From a virus: a stretch of 64,000 nt of DNA. Numbering within the stretch: the first letter of the stretch is position 1; every line of letters starts with the position of its first letter. Of the stretch, positions 19,008-28,239 are shown piece by piece. The stretch lies in IMG/VR virus record IMGVR_UViG_3300030616_000016, positions 70,561 through 134,560 of that record; one strand, 5' to 3'. The notes beneath the pieces were generated by a model. It searched no databases and was not told the DNA's origin. It saw nothing but the letters and a program-made list of their open reading frames with translations. The position numbers were made by a program, and so were the translations under genes.

Positions 19008-19248
19008 TCTTAATTTGTTTGTTGTCTCTCAAAGCACCGTCAACGATGTCTTTGATTTTGTCATCGGACTCAGGGTCTTTACCAAAAAGTTCAAGTACAC
19101 CACTGTGAACTGTATCACTTCTTGTTGTCCATAATGCTCCTACAAAGAGCTTATCGCTACCCTTCTGATATCCTCTGCCACGACCTCGGTCGTCATTTCT
19201 TCCTCTGTCGTCTCTTCTCGAACTACTATTGTTTCCGCGCCAGCTCAT
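18910..19248 (-). CDS. RGG/RG-rich hypothetical protein (112 aa)
   Basis: ATG at 19248 is preceded by a perfect AGGAGG; N-terminal RRDDRGRNDDRGRGRGY. Confidence 0.5.
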   Translation of the reverse strand: MSWRGNNSSSRRDDRGRNDDRGRGRGYQKGSDKLFVGALWTTRSDTVHSGVLELFGKDPESDDKIKDIVDGALRDNKQIKIALFENRDQSGNRPRFSLAVDPEDPYAKERSG

Positions 19249-19250
19249 AT

Positions 19251-19568
19251 TTATCCTCCTATGGTATAAAGTATAGCTGTGTCCCAGTTTGCTCCGCATA
19301 CTTTACATTTGTATCCGGATGTATATAAAGGTTTTAATATAGTTGTAGAACATGTTGCACATTTATATATTCTATTGTGACTCATATTGCCAACAGCATC
19401 TTCTTTATTTCTTCTATCCAGCTCTTCCATTACATAATTATCAAGAGGAGCACGAAGGGGAGTATTATCTAGCCATACTAAATATGCTGTTGGTATTTGA
19501 GCTAAAAACGTGCCTTTATGCTTTCCAAAGGGTATTCTAAAGTTCTGAGCAGACATATTTGTCACCAT
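19251..19568 (-). CDS. DUF3820-like protein with C-terminal zinc ribbon
   Basis: IPFGKHKGTFLAQIPTAYLVWL matches the DUF3820 (ExoX C-terminal-like) FGK.KG...YL.WL signature. C-terminus has CATC...CKVCG. Confidence 0.5.
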   Translation of the reverse strand: MVTNMSAQNFRIPFGKHKGTFLAQIPTAYLVWLDNTPLRAPLDNYVMEELDRRNKEDAVGNMSHNRIYKCATCSTTILKPLYTSGYKCKVCGANWDTAILYTIGG

Positions 19569-20148
19569 TCAAGTAATCGTCTATTTTGTTTGCTTCTAGC
19601 TCAATGCCTGGTAGAAATGATGCTTGTTTTCTACTGGCAATAAAGTCCGCTAGCTGCACAATTTTTACTTCAATATCATCACATTTTACTGCGAGATCGG
19701 CTTCAATTTTTGGTTTAGAAAATCTATACATATGGAATCTGACACACCGTGCTAGCATCATTTCAGTTACTTGAAATGAATACGTGTCTCTAAAGCTCAT
19801 AATATATTCAAAACCTAGGATGCCATGCCGATAATCTGTTTTATCTTTCCACCTATGTCCATTCTTTCTTATGTCATGTACAATAGCTGCACCGACTACT
19901 GCATCTTTCATATCTCCTGGTATGTCAAAGTATGTGGCGAGCTGTCCTGCTATATACATAACTTTGATAGTATGTCTAAGCAAGCCATGCTCTCCATTAT
20001 CTTCTGGTGGATGATATTTACCACTAGATGATGCAGCGGCATAGAAGAATTGTTCATCTGCTTCTTTCAGTGCACTTGATACTAGATTTCTTATATTTTT
20101 GTCTTTTATATTGAGTACAATACGGTTAATGAAATTGTCAATGTTCAT
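19537..20148 (-). CDS. HD-domain phosphohydrolase
   Basis: GEHGLLRHTIKV and AAIVHDIRK form an H...HD motif. The ORF-track start at 20196 is probably an upstream extension. Confidence 0.6.
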   Translation of the reverse strand: MNIDNFINRIVLNIKDKNIRNLVSSALKEADEQFFYAAASSSGKYHPPEDNGEHGLLRHTIKVMYIAGQLATYFDIPGDMKDAVVGAAIVHDIRKNGHRWKDKTDYRHGILGFEYIMSFRDTYSFQVTEMMLARCVRFHMYRFSKPKIEADLAVKCDDIEVKIVQLADFIASRKQASFLPGIELEANKIDDYLNGDKYVCSEL

Positions 20149-20536
20149 ATATTCTTCTTTCTTATTTTGATGCCCACCTATCTCTATATTTAGCAAAAGT
20201 GTTGTGCATTGCTTTATTCATTTCCTCTATTTTATGAGGCATGTCACACAATTCATGAACAATCTTATTGTTAAAAGATTTGCCACGGAATAGCTGTAGA
20301 GTTGCTCTGATAAATATGGTTATTATTACCCATATAATATATAGGTATAAGAACAATTTGTCAAGCAATAATAATTTATTTGTCATCTAGTTTATTCTCA
20401 AAAGAGAAAGAAAAGCTATTATCTTTGGCGCTTGCCATATAGAGTTCCCACTAAATATGAGACAAGCTGTAAATGATATACTCCTTAGTAGGTGTAGTTA
20501 TTTACTTAGATAATAGCTTTTCATAGTAATGACAGA

Positions 20537-20851
20537 CTATGTAGCACCAAGATCCCATGGTTCTTTTGGTGGTTCAGTCGCGTCTCCGTTAGTTACAGCT
20601 TGTAATGTTTGCTCCACATTGTGTTTAAATCTCATTGCAAACTGACTAGGCTTAAGGCTTGTAATACCGCAAACCTTAGTTAACGCCTCCTTATAAACAT
20701 TATAAATATTATCTCTTTCCTCAGAGCTAAGTATTTTGCCTTGTAATAGCGTCAGGCAGCTTACTATTTCAACCATACGTTTTAAATCTTCTTTGTCTAC
20801 ATAGTAATTACCTTCTAAGCTCTGCTTGTTCATAATACAGTTCCATAGCAA
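20537..20851 (-). CDS. hypothetical protein (104 aa)
   Basis: minus-strand ORF. Confidence 0.4.
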   Translation of the reverse strand: MLWNCIMNKQSLEGNYYVDKEDLKRMVEIVSCLTLLQGKILSSEERDNIYNVYKEALTKVCGITSLKPSQFAMRFKHNVEQTLQAVTNGDATEPPKEPWDLGAT

Positions 20852-21036
20852 CTGGTTTTGATTTATATCCCATACTCCTTTAAAGAGTGTAAGATAAAAC
20901 TTTTATTATATCATAAATGTGTGTAATATCAACCTTTATGTTTCAAAAAACGGGTACTTACTCTACTTCGATTAAAAAAAGAAACGGGTACTTACTCTAC
21001 TGATAAAAAAGAACTTATGCACACAAAAAACAAGAT

Positions 21037-21195
21037 TCACTTCTTTTCGTCACCACAAATAGTACATCTGTGACCTGAGGATGTTTTGTTGTGGACGCGC
21101 TGAAACTTTCCGTATCTCTTGTCCTGAAAGATAGCGCCGGCTTTATTCATCTTGCCGTTTGCAATATGACCTTCACAAGTACAAGTTTTTATCAT
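21037..21195 (-). CDS. small zinc-ribbon protein (52 aa, MIKTCTCEGHIANGKMNKAGAIFQDKRYGKFQRVHNKTSSGHRCTICGDEKK); not in the ORF track
   Basis: Manual translation; TGGAG lies upstream of the ATG. The locus is GC-rich relative to its flanks, and an 11-bp inverted repeat lies just upstream. Confidence 0.35.
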   Translation of the reverse strand: MIKTCTCEGHIANGKMNKAGAIFQDKRYGKFQRVHNKTSSGHRCTICGDEKK

Positions 21196-21458
21196 GATGT
21201 GCTCCAAATTGGTAAAAGATAGAGACCATCTAAAGTAATATTCTATTCAAAGAGTATTAAAGTAGATGGTCTCATGATTTGATGCGATGGAAATTAATTC
21301 CAATCTCATCAATGAATGAAAGATAGCCCAGAGCGATTAACGCTATTTTCGTGCTATCAATTCATATATAATATTATCTGAAATTAATATTAGTGCATAG
21401 TCGCTTCTCCGTCAGAATTTAGATTTCTGGAATTGTTATTCTTGAATGTTATTTGAAA

Positions 21459-21872
21459 TTATCTGGTGTCAATTTTGCTACTCTCTCCTGTTTCTATGCA
21501 ATAATGGACTGTTGTTTCATGACCTGTCATTACTATCATATGATTTCCGCACATATTTATTACATTAGTACTTTCTAAATCATATACATTAAATACCTTT
21601 TGCAGTTCTTTGTCTTTGAATATGAAGACAAGATCCATATCGAACGCACTAAACTGTGTGTTAGTATCTGATACATTTATTATGTAGTCGAAATCTATCT
21701 TTTTATTGATGGATTCTTCAAGATATTCTTGATAATTTTCATCAATATCCTGAGGGTCTTCTACTCCATATACTTCTGATATTTCTTCTTCTGTCAAGAC
21801 TTCCTTGATTGTTTTGCCTTCGATTTCATCAATGTTTCTATACATTGAATTTCCTTTCTGAGAGAGTGACAT
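21459..21872 (-). CDS. hypothetical acidic protein (137 aa)
   Basis: Minus-strand ORF immediately downstream of the tnpB element's right end. Confidence 0.45.
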   Translation of the reverse strand: MSLSQKGNSMYRNIDEIEGKTIKEVLTEEEISEVYGVEDPQDIDENYQEYLEESINKKIDFDYIINVSDTNTQFSAFDMDLVFIFKDKELQKVFNVYDLESTNVINMCGNHMIVMTGHETTVHYCIETGESSKIDTR

Positions 21873-23167
21873 TACCCCACGCCTAAAGGCGGGGGCTTCC
21901 TAATTCATCGAAAATTGCGTTCCATACTGGCTACGTCTTACATCTTCTCCAAAGGCTTTAGGTTCCCCTTGCCCAGGGGTACAAAATGCAAAATTCAAAA
22001 TATTACTAGATGCAAGGGCATCTCTATCGTGTTTGGCACCACAAGTGCAAGTCCAATATCTGTCACTTAGCTTAAGATTATTATTTATAGCGCCGCACTG
22101 GTTACACATCTTGCTGGATGGTTCAAATCTTCCTATAGTCAAAACATGCTTTCCATACCAACCTGCCTTATACTCAAGAAAGGTACGAAAAGTATACCAT
22201 CCAACATCAGAGATAGCCTTGGCCAAACAATGATTCTTCACCATTCCAGAAACGTTTAAATCCTCAAGACACACTGCTTGGTTCTCGTCAATGAGCCTTT
22301 TGGACAATTTATGCAAAAAATCTTTACGTTGATTAGAAATCTTCTCATGTATCAACGCTACCTTCCTACGAGCCTTGTTTCTATTTGAAGAACCTTTCTT
22401 CTTCTTTGATAATTGTTTTTGCTTTCTTGCCAATCTTCTTTCAAGTTTCTTTAGGTATCTTGGATTATCTATTTTCTCGCCTGTTGATAGTGTTGCAAAA
22501 TGTTTTAATCCAACGTCAACACCTACACTATTATCTCGTTCAGGATTACATTTGATAGGTAATTCTTCTCCATTGTCAACCAAAATAGAAGCAAAGTATT
22601 TCCCAGAAGGAGCCATGAATATAGTTACAGTTTTAATATTGCCTTCAAATTGTCTATGGAATTTGCATTTGATGCCATCACGGAATTTCATTACATATAG
22701 CCTATTATTATCAAAATCCACATTACTTCCTTGTGGAAATTGACAAGATTGCTTTTTGAATTTCTTCTTAAATTGAGGATATCTTGCCTGTTTCTTAAAA
22801 AACCGCCGGAAAGCATTGTCAAGGTTTCTAAAGGCCATTTGCAAAGATTGACTATTAACTTCCTTCAGCCAACCATGCTCAGATTTCATATGTTTCAATT
22901 GCTTTATCAAATCAAAACAGGAAGGAGATTTCCCCGTTTTTTGATAAGACTCTGTTTTCTTTTGGAGTCCCAAATTGTATATGAACCGTACACAACCAAA
23001 ATGCTTCACAAGAAGCTCCTGTTGTTTTTTGTTGGGGTATATTTTGTATTTATATGCTCGTATCATTATATTTATAGTATAGCACAGGTTTCTGTAAATG
23101 TCAAGAGAAAAACGCATTCTTATATCCCCATGGCTAAAGCCAGGGGTCTTACGAATGCACCTTGATA
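21866..23167 (-). mobile_element. IS200/IS605-family tnpB-only (IS1341-like) element with subterminal imperfect hairpins
   Basis: Left end begins TTATCAAGGTGCATTCGTAAGACCCCTGGCTTTAGCCATGGGG; right end finishes CCCCCGCCTTTAGGCGTGGGGTAATGTCAC. Both ends recur at 33634-33883 and 62731-62781. Confidence 0.7.
21900..23066 (-). CDS. tnpB: TnpB (OrfB) RuvC-like RNA-guided nuclease / IS605 accessory protein
   Basis: MIRAYKYKIYPNKKQQELL...FGCVRFIYN N-terminus; C-terminal CNQCG...CTCG zinc finger; RuvC-like regions. Confidence 0.85.
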   Translation of the reverse strand: MIRAYKYKIYPNKKQQELLVKHFGCVRFIYNLGLQKKTESYQKTGKSPSCFDLIKQLKHMKSEHGWLKEVNSQSLQMAFRNLDNAFRRFFKKQARYPQFKKKFKKQSCQFPQGSNVDFDNNRLYVMKFRDGIKCKFHRQFEGNIKTVTIFMAPSGKYFASILVDNGEELPIKCNPERDNSVGVDVGLKHFATLSTGEKIDNPRYLKKLERRLARKQKQLSKKKKGSSNRNKARRKVALIHEKISNQRKDFLHKLSKRLIDENQAVCLEDLNVSGMVKNHCLAKAISDVGWYTFRTFLEYKAGWYGKHVLTIGRFEPSSKMCNQCGAINNNLKLSDRYWTCTCGAKHDRDALASSNILNFAFCTPGQGEPKAFGEDVRRSQYGTQFSMN

Positions 23168-23339
23168 AAAGAGCAGGAGGAAGGTATCCTCTTCCCCCTG
23201 CCAGGTTTCATTATCAAAAGCTCCAGCTGCTTTCAATTATCAGTTGAACGCTGGAATTCAATGAAATGTTGCATTTATGTTGTCTACGGCGCTATAGCCA
23301 ATTTTTAGATCTAAGTACCTGCGACCTGCCATTAGTCCA

Positions 23340-23390
23340 AGGACACATAAGGAATAAAATGGAGTGTCCTGAGGGACTTGAACCCTCAAC
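23340..23390 (-). other. tRNA 3'-half-like module: canonical T-arm (GAGGG-TTCAAGT-CCCTC) followed by AGGACAC-T-CCA, then a 7-nt complement (GTGTCCT) forming a second hairpin
   Basis: Seen in sequence on the minus strand; no D or anticodon arm could be folded. Confidence 0.3.
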
Positions 23391-23499
23391 TCAGGCATAG
23401 TTAATATTGGCGTTCGAGAAGACAACGCAACAAATGCTGAGCTTTCAGGGAATAGTCTGAATTTAGCGTGCTTTCATATTATCACCAGCTTTCGCCGCG

Positions 23500-23560
23500 T
23501 ATGCCAGTTCCGCCATCTTCCCATATAGTGGGAAGAGCAGGGTTCGAACCTGCACGGTGA
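23500..23560 (-). other. Second tRNA 3'-half-like module: T-arm (GCAGG-TTCGAAC-CCTGC) followed by TCTTCCC-A, then the complement GGGAAGA forming a hairpin
   Basis: Seen in sequence; same architecture as 23340-23390. Confidence 0.3.
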
Positions 23561-23608
23561 AGGAAAGTACTTATTTCAGCTTAACCTTAAGCTTCAGCTT
23601 GCCCTGTA

Positions 23609-24346
23609 TTATCCGAAAATGAAGTTACAGATGTCCTTGCCGATTTCTTTGCGTTCAACAGACGTGTTGTTTGCTTCTTCTCGTGCAAACTTGACTGCTC
23701 TCATAAGAACAGCAATTTTGTCAAGCATTTCTTTCTTACGAGTTGCAGAAATACATGTACTGAGCTTTGTAGTAGTCCAGTAACCGATAATCTCATCGCT
23801 GACTACAAGCTGAGTCTGTGCAGGATGCTTTTCAGTAGCAGCATAAAGAACGATAGGTTTCTCAACCTTACGTGTTTTATGTGTCTGACGCGCGCCTGAT
23901 TTGAACATTCCGGAATCTTCATCACGAGCCCATGTTTCTGCTGGATCCAGTTCAGGAAGTTTCTCGACATATGTTTTAATATCGTTCAGCTGTTTTTCGA
24001 GGTACAGCAAGAATGTGGGAGGGGCGTCTTTTACAATTACTGTGTCGCCAACCTTAATATCTGCTTTTGCAATGGTATTGCCAAAGTCTTTAGTTGCAGT
24101 AACATCAAACAGATCTGCGAGAGATTCCGCTACTTCGTTAATTACATTGTTCAGATTTTCTTGTACCTTTACTGATTCTTCTGGAAAGTTCTCACCTTCT
24201 TCGTCTTTAGGCTCATATACTTTATGAAGGCCATTGAATATTTGTGGTGCATCTGACAAACGATGAGCCTGAGTAATGATAGAATTATGGCGGGATTTTT
24301 CGCCCTTCTCAACTGCAATAATCTGATTAAGTTTAACTTCAGACAT
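23609..24346 (-). CDS. hypothetical protein (245 aa), locally higher GC
   Basis: minus-strand ORF. Confidence 0.5.
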   Translation of the reverse strand: MSEVKLNQIIAVEKGEKSRHNSIITQAHRLSDAPQIFNGLHKVYEPKDEEGENFPEESVKVQENLNNVINEVAESLADLFDVTATKDFGNTIAKADIKVGDTVIVKDAPPTFLLYLEKQLNDIKTYVEKLPELDPAETWARDEDSGMFKSGARQTHKTRKVEKPIVLYAATEKHPAQTQLVVSDEIIGYWTTTKLSTCISATRKKEMLDKIAVLMRAVKFAREEANNTSVERKEIGKDICNFIFG

Positions 24347-24371
24347 TTGTTACCTCCTTCTGTAAGATTTA

Positions 24372-25121
24372 TTATTCAATTATTTCTTTTATTTCTTTTA
24401 TGATACTTTCTTTTGATTTAATTTTTGGTTTTGACTCATGCAATATATTATTAGTACTTTCTTGTATCATATAATCTTCAACTTGGATAGATTTTAATGT
24501 GTCTTTATACAAGTCATCGATTGTTATATCTGAAATATCATTTACACTATCAGAATATGTTGATATCATGTTATTAAATTTTGATTTAAGCTCTACTTGT
24601 TTAGACTTTGCCCTCAGAGAAATGAGCTTAGAATCATATTCATTACATTTCTTTTCATATTCTTTTATCTTATTTTCCCAGCTAATCAGAATTTTTCTTA
24701 AAGAGCTTAGTGTTTCTTTTTTAAGCTTAACTTCTTCTTTCATTTTCTTTAGAACAAGTGACCTAGAATGAATCGTTTCTAGTTCTTTTAGGTTTCGCTC
24801 TACATTTGATTCTTTTAGATTTTTCTTTATGTTACTTGTAACTTCTTGTATATTTTGTTCAAGTCCATAAACTTCTTCTTCCAGAAACTTTATATCTATT
24901 TTTAACTCTATTGCCTGTGATTTACTTACTTTCAAATTACTTTTCAGGTCATCTATAACGACCTCGATTCTATCAATTTTTACATCTGTAGGAATTGATT
25001 TTTCTATCTTCTTAACAGTAGTTTTCTGTGCTGTTTTGACATAGCTTTTAACTCTGCTGTATCCAATAAATACGATTGCTAATATTGTTATTATGGCTAC
25101 GACAACAAGTTTTTTAATCAT
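24372..25121 (-). CDS. membrane-anchored coiled-coil protein (N-terminal TM helix)
   Basis: IKKLVVVAIITILAIVFIGY transmembrane helix followed by K/E-rich heptad-like sequence. Confidence 0.5.
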   Translation of the reverse strand: MIKKLVVVAIITILAIVFIGYSRVKSYVKTAQKTTVKKIEKSIPTDVKIDRIEVVIDDLKSNLKVSKSQAIELKIDIKFLEEEVYGLEQNIQEVTSNIKKNLKESNVERNLKELETIHSRSLVLKKMKEEVKLKKETLSSLRKILISWENKIKEYEKKCNEYDSKLISLRAKSKQVELKSKFNNMISTYSDSVNDISDITIDDLYKDTLKSIQVEDYMIQESTNNILHESKPKIKSKESIIKEIKEIIE

Positions 25122-26298
25122 TCAATTTCTCCTCTGATTTTGTTGATTTTTGTAGATTATATTGCATTATGTTTTTATCAAATTCTCTAATCTGTGTCTT
25201 CATTTCTTCTGATTCTTTTATAAGTTTGCTATATTTATGTTTGATAATAGCTTTAGAATGTAATAAGCCAATATGTTCAATAAGTTTATTAAATTTGTAA
25301 GCGAATCTAGTAGCTTTTGCTGGAATTTCTGTCAATGCTTCTACTTCTTGATCAGTTAGAGTTGAAGTTTTTAATTTATCAACTCTTGATTTTAATTCAT
25401 TAAGTTTACTTTGTGGTAATTTCAACTTATTTAATTGGTATTTGAAATCATCTTTGAGGAGATCTGCGAACTTTCCTTCTTTTGCTTCAAGTATATTATC
25501 AAAGAATCCTGTACCTTTCTTAGGTTCTTCTTCTATATATTTATCAAATCTAGTTACGGGTTCTTCCGGAGCACTCGCAAGTTCTTTCAGATACTCTGAA
25601 GGCTTAGGTAATGTTTTAGGTTCTTCTGTTGTTATTTTCTGTTGTAATGATCTTATCCACTCAGCACGTCCATCAAACTTGATGCTGTTTAAAGAAATAT
25701 GGTTATAATAATATTCAATAAGACAATCTGTTACATTTTTTAATATTTGTTCTTTTGGCATTTGATATATACAAGTCTTAAGACATTTTTTACTAATACT
25801 TTCCAAAACATTTTCTTTAATGTTTGGATATTCTGCTTTAATGTATTCTTTTATTAATGGAAGTCTTCTTTCAATAAGTTCATTATTTCTAAGATTATTC
25901 ATCATTAATAATATTACGATTGTTAAGCAAGTTCCAAAAATATATGGATTTATTTTGGTCTCAACTTTTGCAGCATCTCCATATAAGCTATGCCATATTA
26001 CAATAAGTTTTCCTGCTTGGATTATTGAATATACAATTAATGGGATAAATAATATGTATCCTAATGCCTCATATGCACTCATATATGGAAGTGTATTTAT
26101 ATTCATTATTGGCATTGGCTCCTTGGTTTGTGGAACATGGACATTGCTAAGTATTGATATAAGAATAAGTACAAACGAGATTATTAGTGCACAAAATAAT
26201 GACTTACTGGTTTGTATGATTTCAGATAAAAGTATTATCAATGCAAGTAATGGTAATCCAATACAAATGATTATTATAATGTATATAAGCACTACCAT
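25114..26298 (-). CDS. polytopic membrane protein with C-terminal coiled coil (394 aa)
   Basis: Four to five hydrophobic helices in the first 150 aa. Confidence 0.5.
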   Translation of the reverse strand: MVVLIYIIIIICIGLPLLALIILLSEIIQTSKSLFCALIISFVLILISILSNVHVPQTKEPMPIMNINTLPYMSAYEALGYILFIPLIVYSIIQAGKLIVIWHSLYGDAAKVETKINPYIFGTCLTIVILLMMNNLRNNELIERRLPLIKEYIKAEYPNIKENVLESISKKCLKTCIYQMPKEQILKNVTDCLIEYYYNHISLNSIKFDGRAEWIRSLQQKITTEEPKTLPKPSEYLKELASAPEEPVTRFDKYIEEEPKKGTGFFDNILEAKEGKFADLLKDDFKYQLNKLKLPQSKLNELKSRVDKLKTSTLTDQEVEALTEIPAKATRFAYKFNKLIEHIGLLHSKAIIKHKYSKLIKESEEMKTQIREFDKNIMQYNLQKSTKSEEKLND

Positions 26299-26300
26299 AA

Positions 26301-27305
26301 TTATCTCATTAAATATAGATTGCGTAGTTCATCTCTATCATAAAACACATTACGGATTTCTTGTCTAATATTATAGTCTTGAAATATTCTATCATAAAAA
26401 CTAGTAGTATCTCCACCAAGAAATTCTATTGCATCATTTATTGGTTGAGTTGTATTATGGTCTGGAGTAATTCCAATTCCTTCTTTCTCGACTCCATATA
26501 TATCATATATAATTCCTGCTGTGTAATTGAATCCATCGCCTCTATAAAACTTATATGCTTGTACGGCTCTAAAAGCACCAAATGTTTTAGAGCCAAATAT
26601 TGTAGCTTCTGAATAGTATTTCATTGCTGAAACAAATATTTCTGCGAATTGAAATGTACAAGCACTCGTAAGTATACACATATTATTTTTATGAAGCCAT
26701 GTATTTTCTGTTTGCACAGACATATCTGCAAAATCACTAAACGCAAATGCTGTATTATTAATTGCTGCAACTAATTCATTAGAATAAGTTTTGTGAGTAA
26801 ATCCAGCAAGCAGTTTTATGTATTCGCCTAATCCGCCATTATTACAATATCTAAGATCGAGAATTAAAGAATTGCATTCGAATTCATACATGTAATGGTT
26901 GACATTAAGCATAACAGTTTCTGCCATTCCAGCAGACATTTTATCTACAGATATATATAATATATCTGGTTCAATTTTATATATTTTTAATGTTCCTGAT
27001 GCTTCATTATCTGATATGGCTGCTTCCATTTCTTCGCTGTTTATATACCTTGTATATAAATCTGTTTCAGAACGGAGTCTATTTATATATGATTCTAAAG
27101 TATCTGAAGTTAAAGGTGGTTGAACGTTTCCATAAATATAGCCTTGTGATAATACCGAATATGCTTCTTGTAGATATTCTTCATCTACGTTTGTAATTTG
27201 ATTTTCTGTATTTGGATTGCTACTATTTCCTCCTCCTCCACAGCCATTACAAAATATAATTATGATACATAATATGAACAAATTAATTTTGATATTTTTT
27301 ATCAA
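26301..27305 (-). CDS. S41-family (C-terminal-processing / tail-specific) peptidase, lipoprotein
   Basis: Lipoprotein signal (ILCIIIIFCNGCGGGG) and the S41 hallmark LILDLRYCNNGGLG (LxLDLRxNxGG). Confidence 0.65.
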   Translation of the reverse strand: MIKNIKINLFILCIIIIFCNGCGGGGNSSNPNTENQITNVDEEYLQEAYSVLSQGYIYGNVQPPLTSDTLESYINRLRSETDLYTRYINSEEMEAAISDNEASGTLKIYKIEPDILYISVDKMSAGMAETVMLNVNHYMYEFECNSLILDLRYCNNGGLGEYIKLLAGFTHKTYSNELVAAINNTAFAFSDFADMSVQTENTWLHKNNMCILTSACTFQFAEIFVSAMKYYSEATIFGSKTFGAFRAVQAYKFYRGDGFNYTAGIIYDIYGVEKEGIGITPDHNTTQPINDAIEFLGGDTTSFYDRIFQDYNIRQEIRNVFYDRDELRNLYLMR

Positions 27306-27428
27306 GACTACCTCTTTCTGTTTAATAATGGTTGTAATGAATAGGAAAGTCTCTGGTAAGGCAAAAGGATGAAGAGCACGAGGGCTCTTTGGGGGAAGTC
27401 GAAAATTCTCACCAGAGACGGGATATAT

Positions 27429-28220
27429 TTAGAAATCAGTTGATTTTGCGGTTCTCATACCGCGAGCCATCATTTCTTTCACAAAGTCTTCTCCAAGACT
27501 TTCGAAGGTCGCTACATTTGAAGTTGTATCTTCAATTAATACAAACTTCTTAATATTCTCATCGCCGAAGTTATCAGCAATGTCTCTTACTGTATTTGCA
27601 ACACAGTGTGACAGAGCTTCTCCAGTTATGAGAATATCGTCTGCTTCCAGTAGGCTATCAAGAAGATTGCCATTAAGTCTTGTAGTAGGGTCAGACGGGT
27701 CTTCTACATCGGCTTTTACTGCTGAGTAGTGTTCTGTAAAAGGATTAGACCCTTTAGTAACATAGTCAATCATAGCAAACTGATTTTCCCACTCAGTTAT
27801 TGCTTCGAACACATTAGCATCGATTGAATGTCCTTGCGAACCAATAAGACAATGTGGCCGCCAGATGCAGAGAACATATCTGCCATTGTCTTCAAGTGTT
27901 TTTGTATAATCTGAAGCTTTCTGTTGAAGAGCTGGGTTATAGGAATGCCAGACACCATTTTTTACATCATCATGGGATATTACTGTAAATGGGTTTGGAT
28001 GTTTACCATCTTTATCAACCCAGAATATAGGATGTGCAATATGAATGGTTCTGTGAGAATCCATTGTAATATGGATATCATCTAATCCGTCTTTCATTCT
28101 GTTGACCATTTCTGCAAGACGTTTCATATCCTCATCTGCTCTAGGAACAACTAGGGCTCCTTTTGGATTACAGAAGTCATATTGAGGATCAATAGCAAGA
28201 AGATGAGTTTTCTTGTTCAT
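27429..28220 (-). CDS. isochorismatase-family cysteine hydrolase, nicotinamidase (PncA)-like
   Basis: LLAIDPQYDFCNPKGALVVP (PncA N-terminal D...DF) and LITGEALSHCVANTVRD (catalytic Cys motif). Confidence 0.65.
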   Translation of the reverse strand: MNKKTHLLAIDPQYDFCNPKGALVVPRADEDMKRLAEMVNRMKDGLDDIHITMDSHRTIHIAHPIFWVDKDGKHPNPFTVISHDDVKNGVWHSYNPALQQKASDYTKTLEDNGRYVLCIWRPHCLIGSQGHSIDANVFEAITEWENQFAMIDYVTKGSNPFTEHYSAVKADVEDPSDPTTRLNGNLLDSLLEADDILITGEALSHCVANTVRDIADNFGDENIKKFVLIEDTTSNVATFESLGEDFVKEMMARGMRTAKSTDF

Positions 28221-28239
28221 AATTGCTGACCTTTCTTAG

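Noticed and set aside
23340-23560. Canonical tRNA genes
   Set aside because: T-arms and acceptor/CCA strands are present, but I could not fold D or anticodon arms, and the 5' acceptor complement lies on the wrong side. They are reported only as tRNA-like modules pending tRNAscan-SE.
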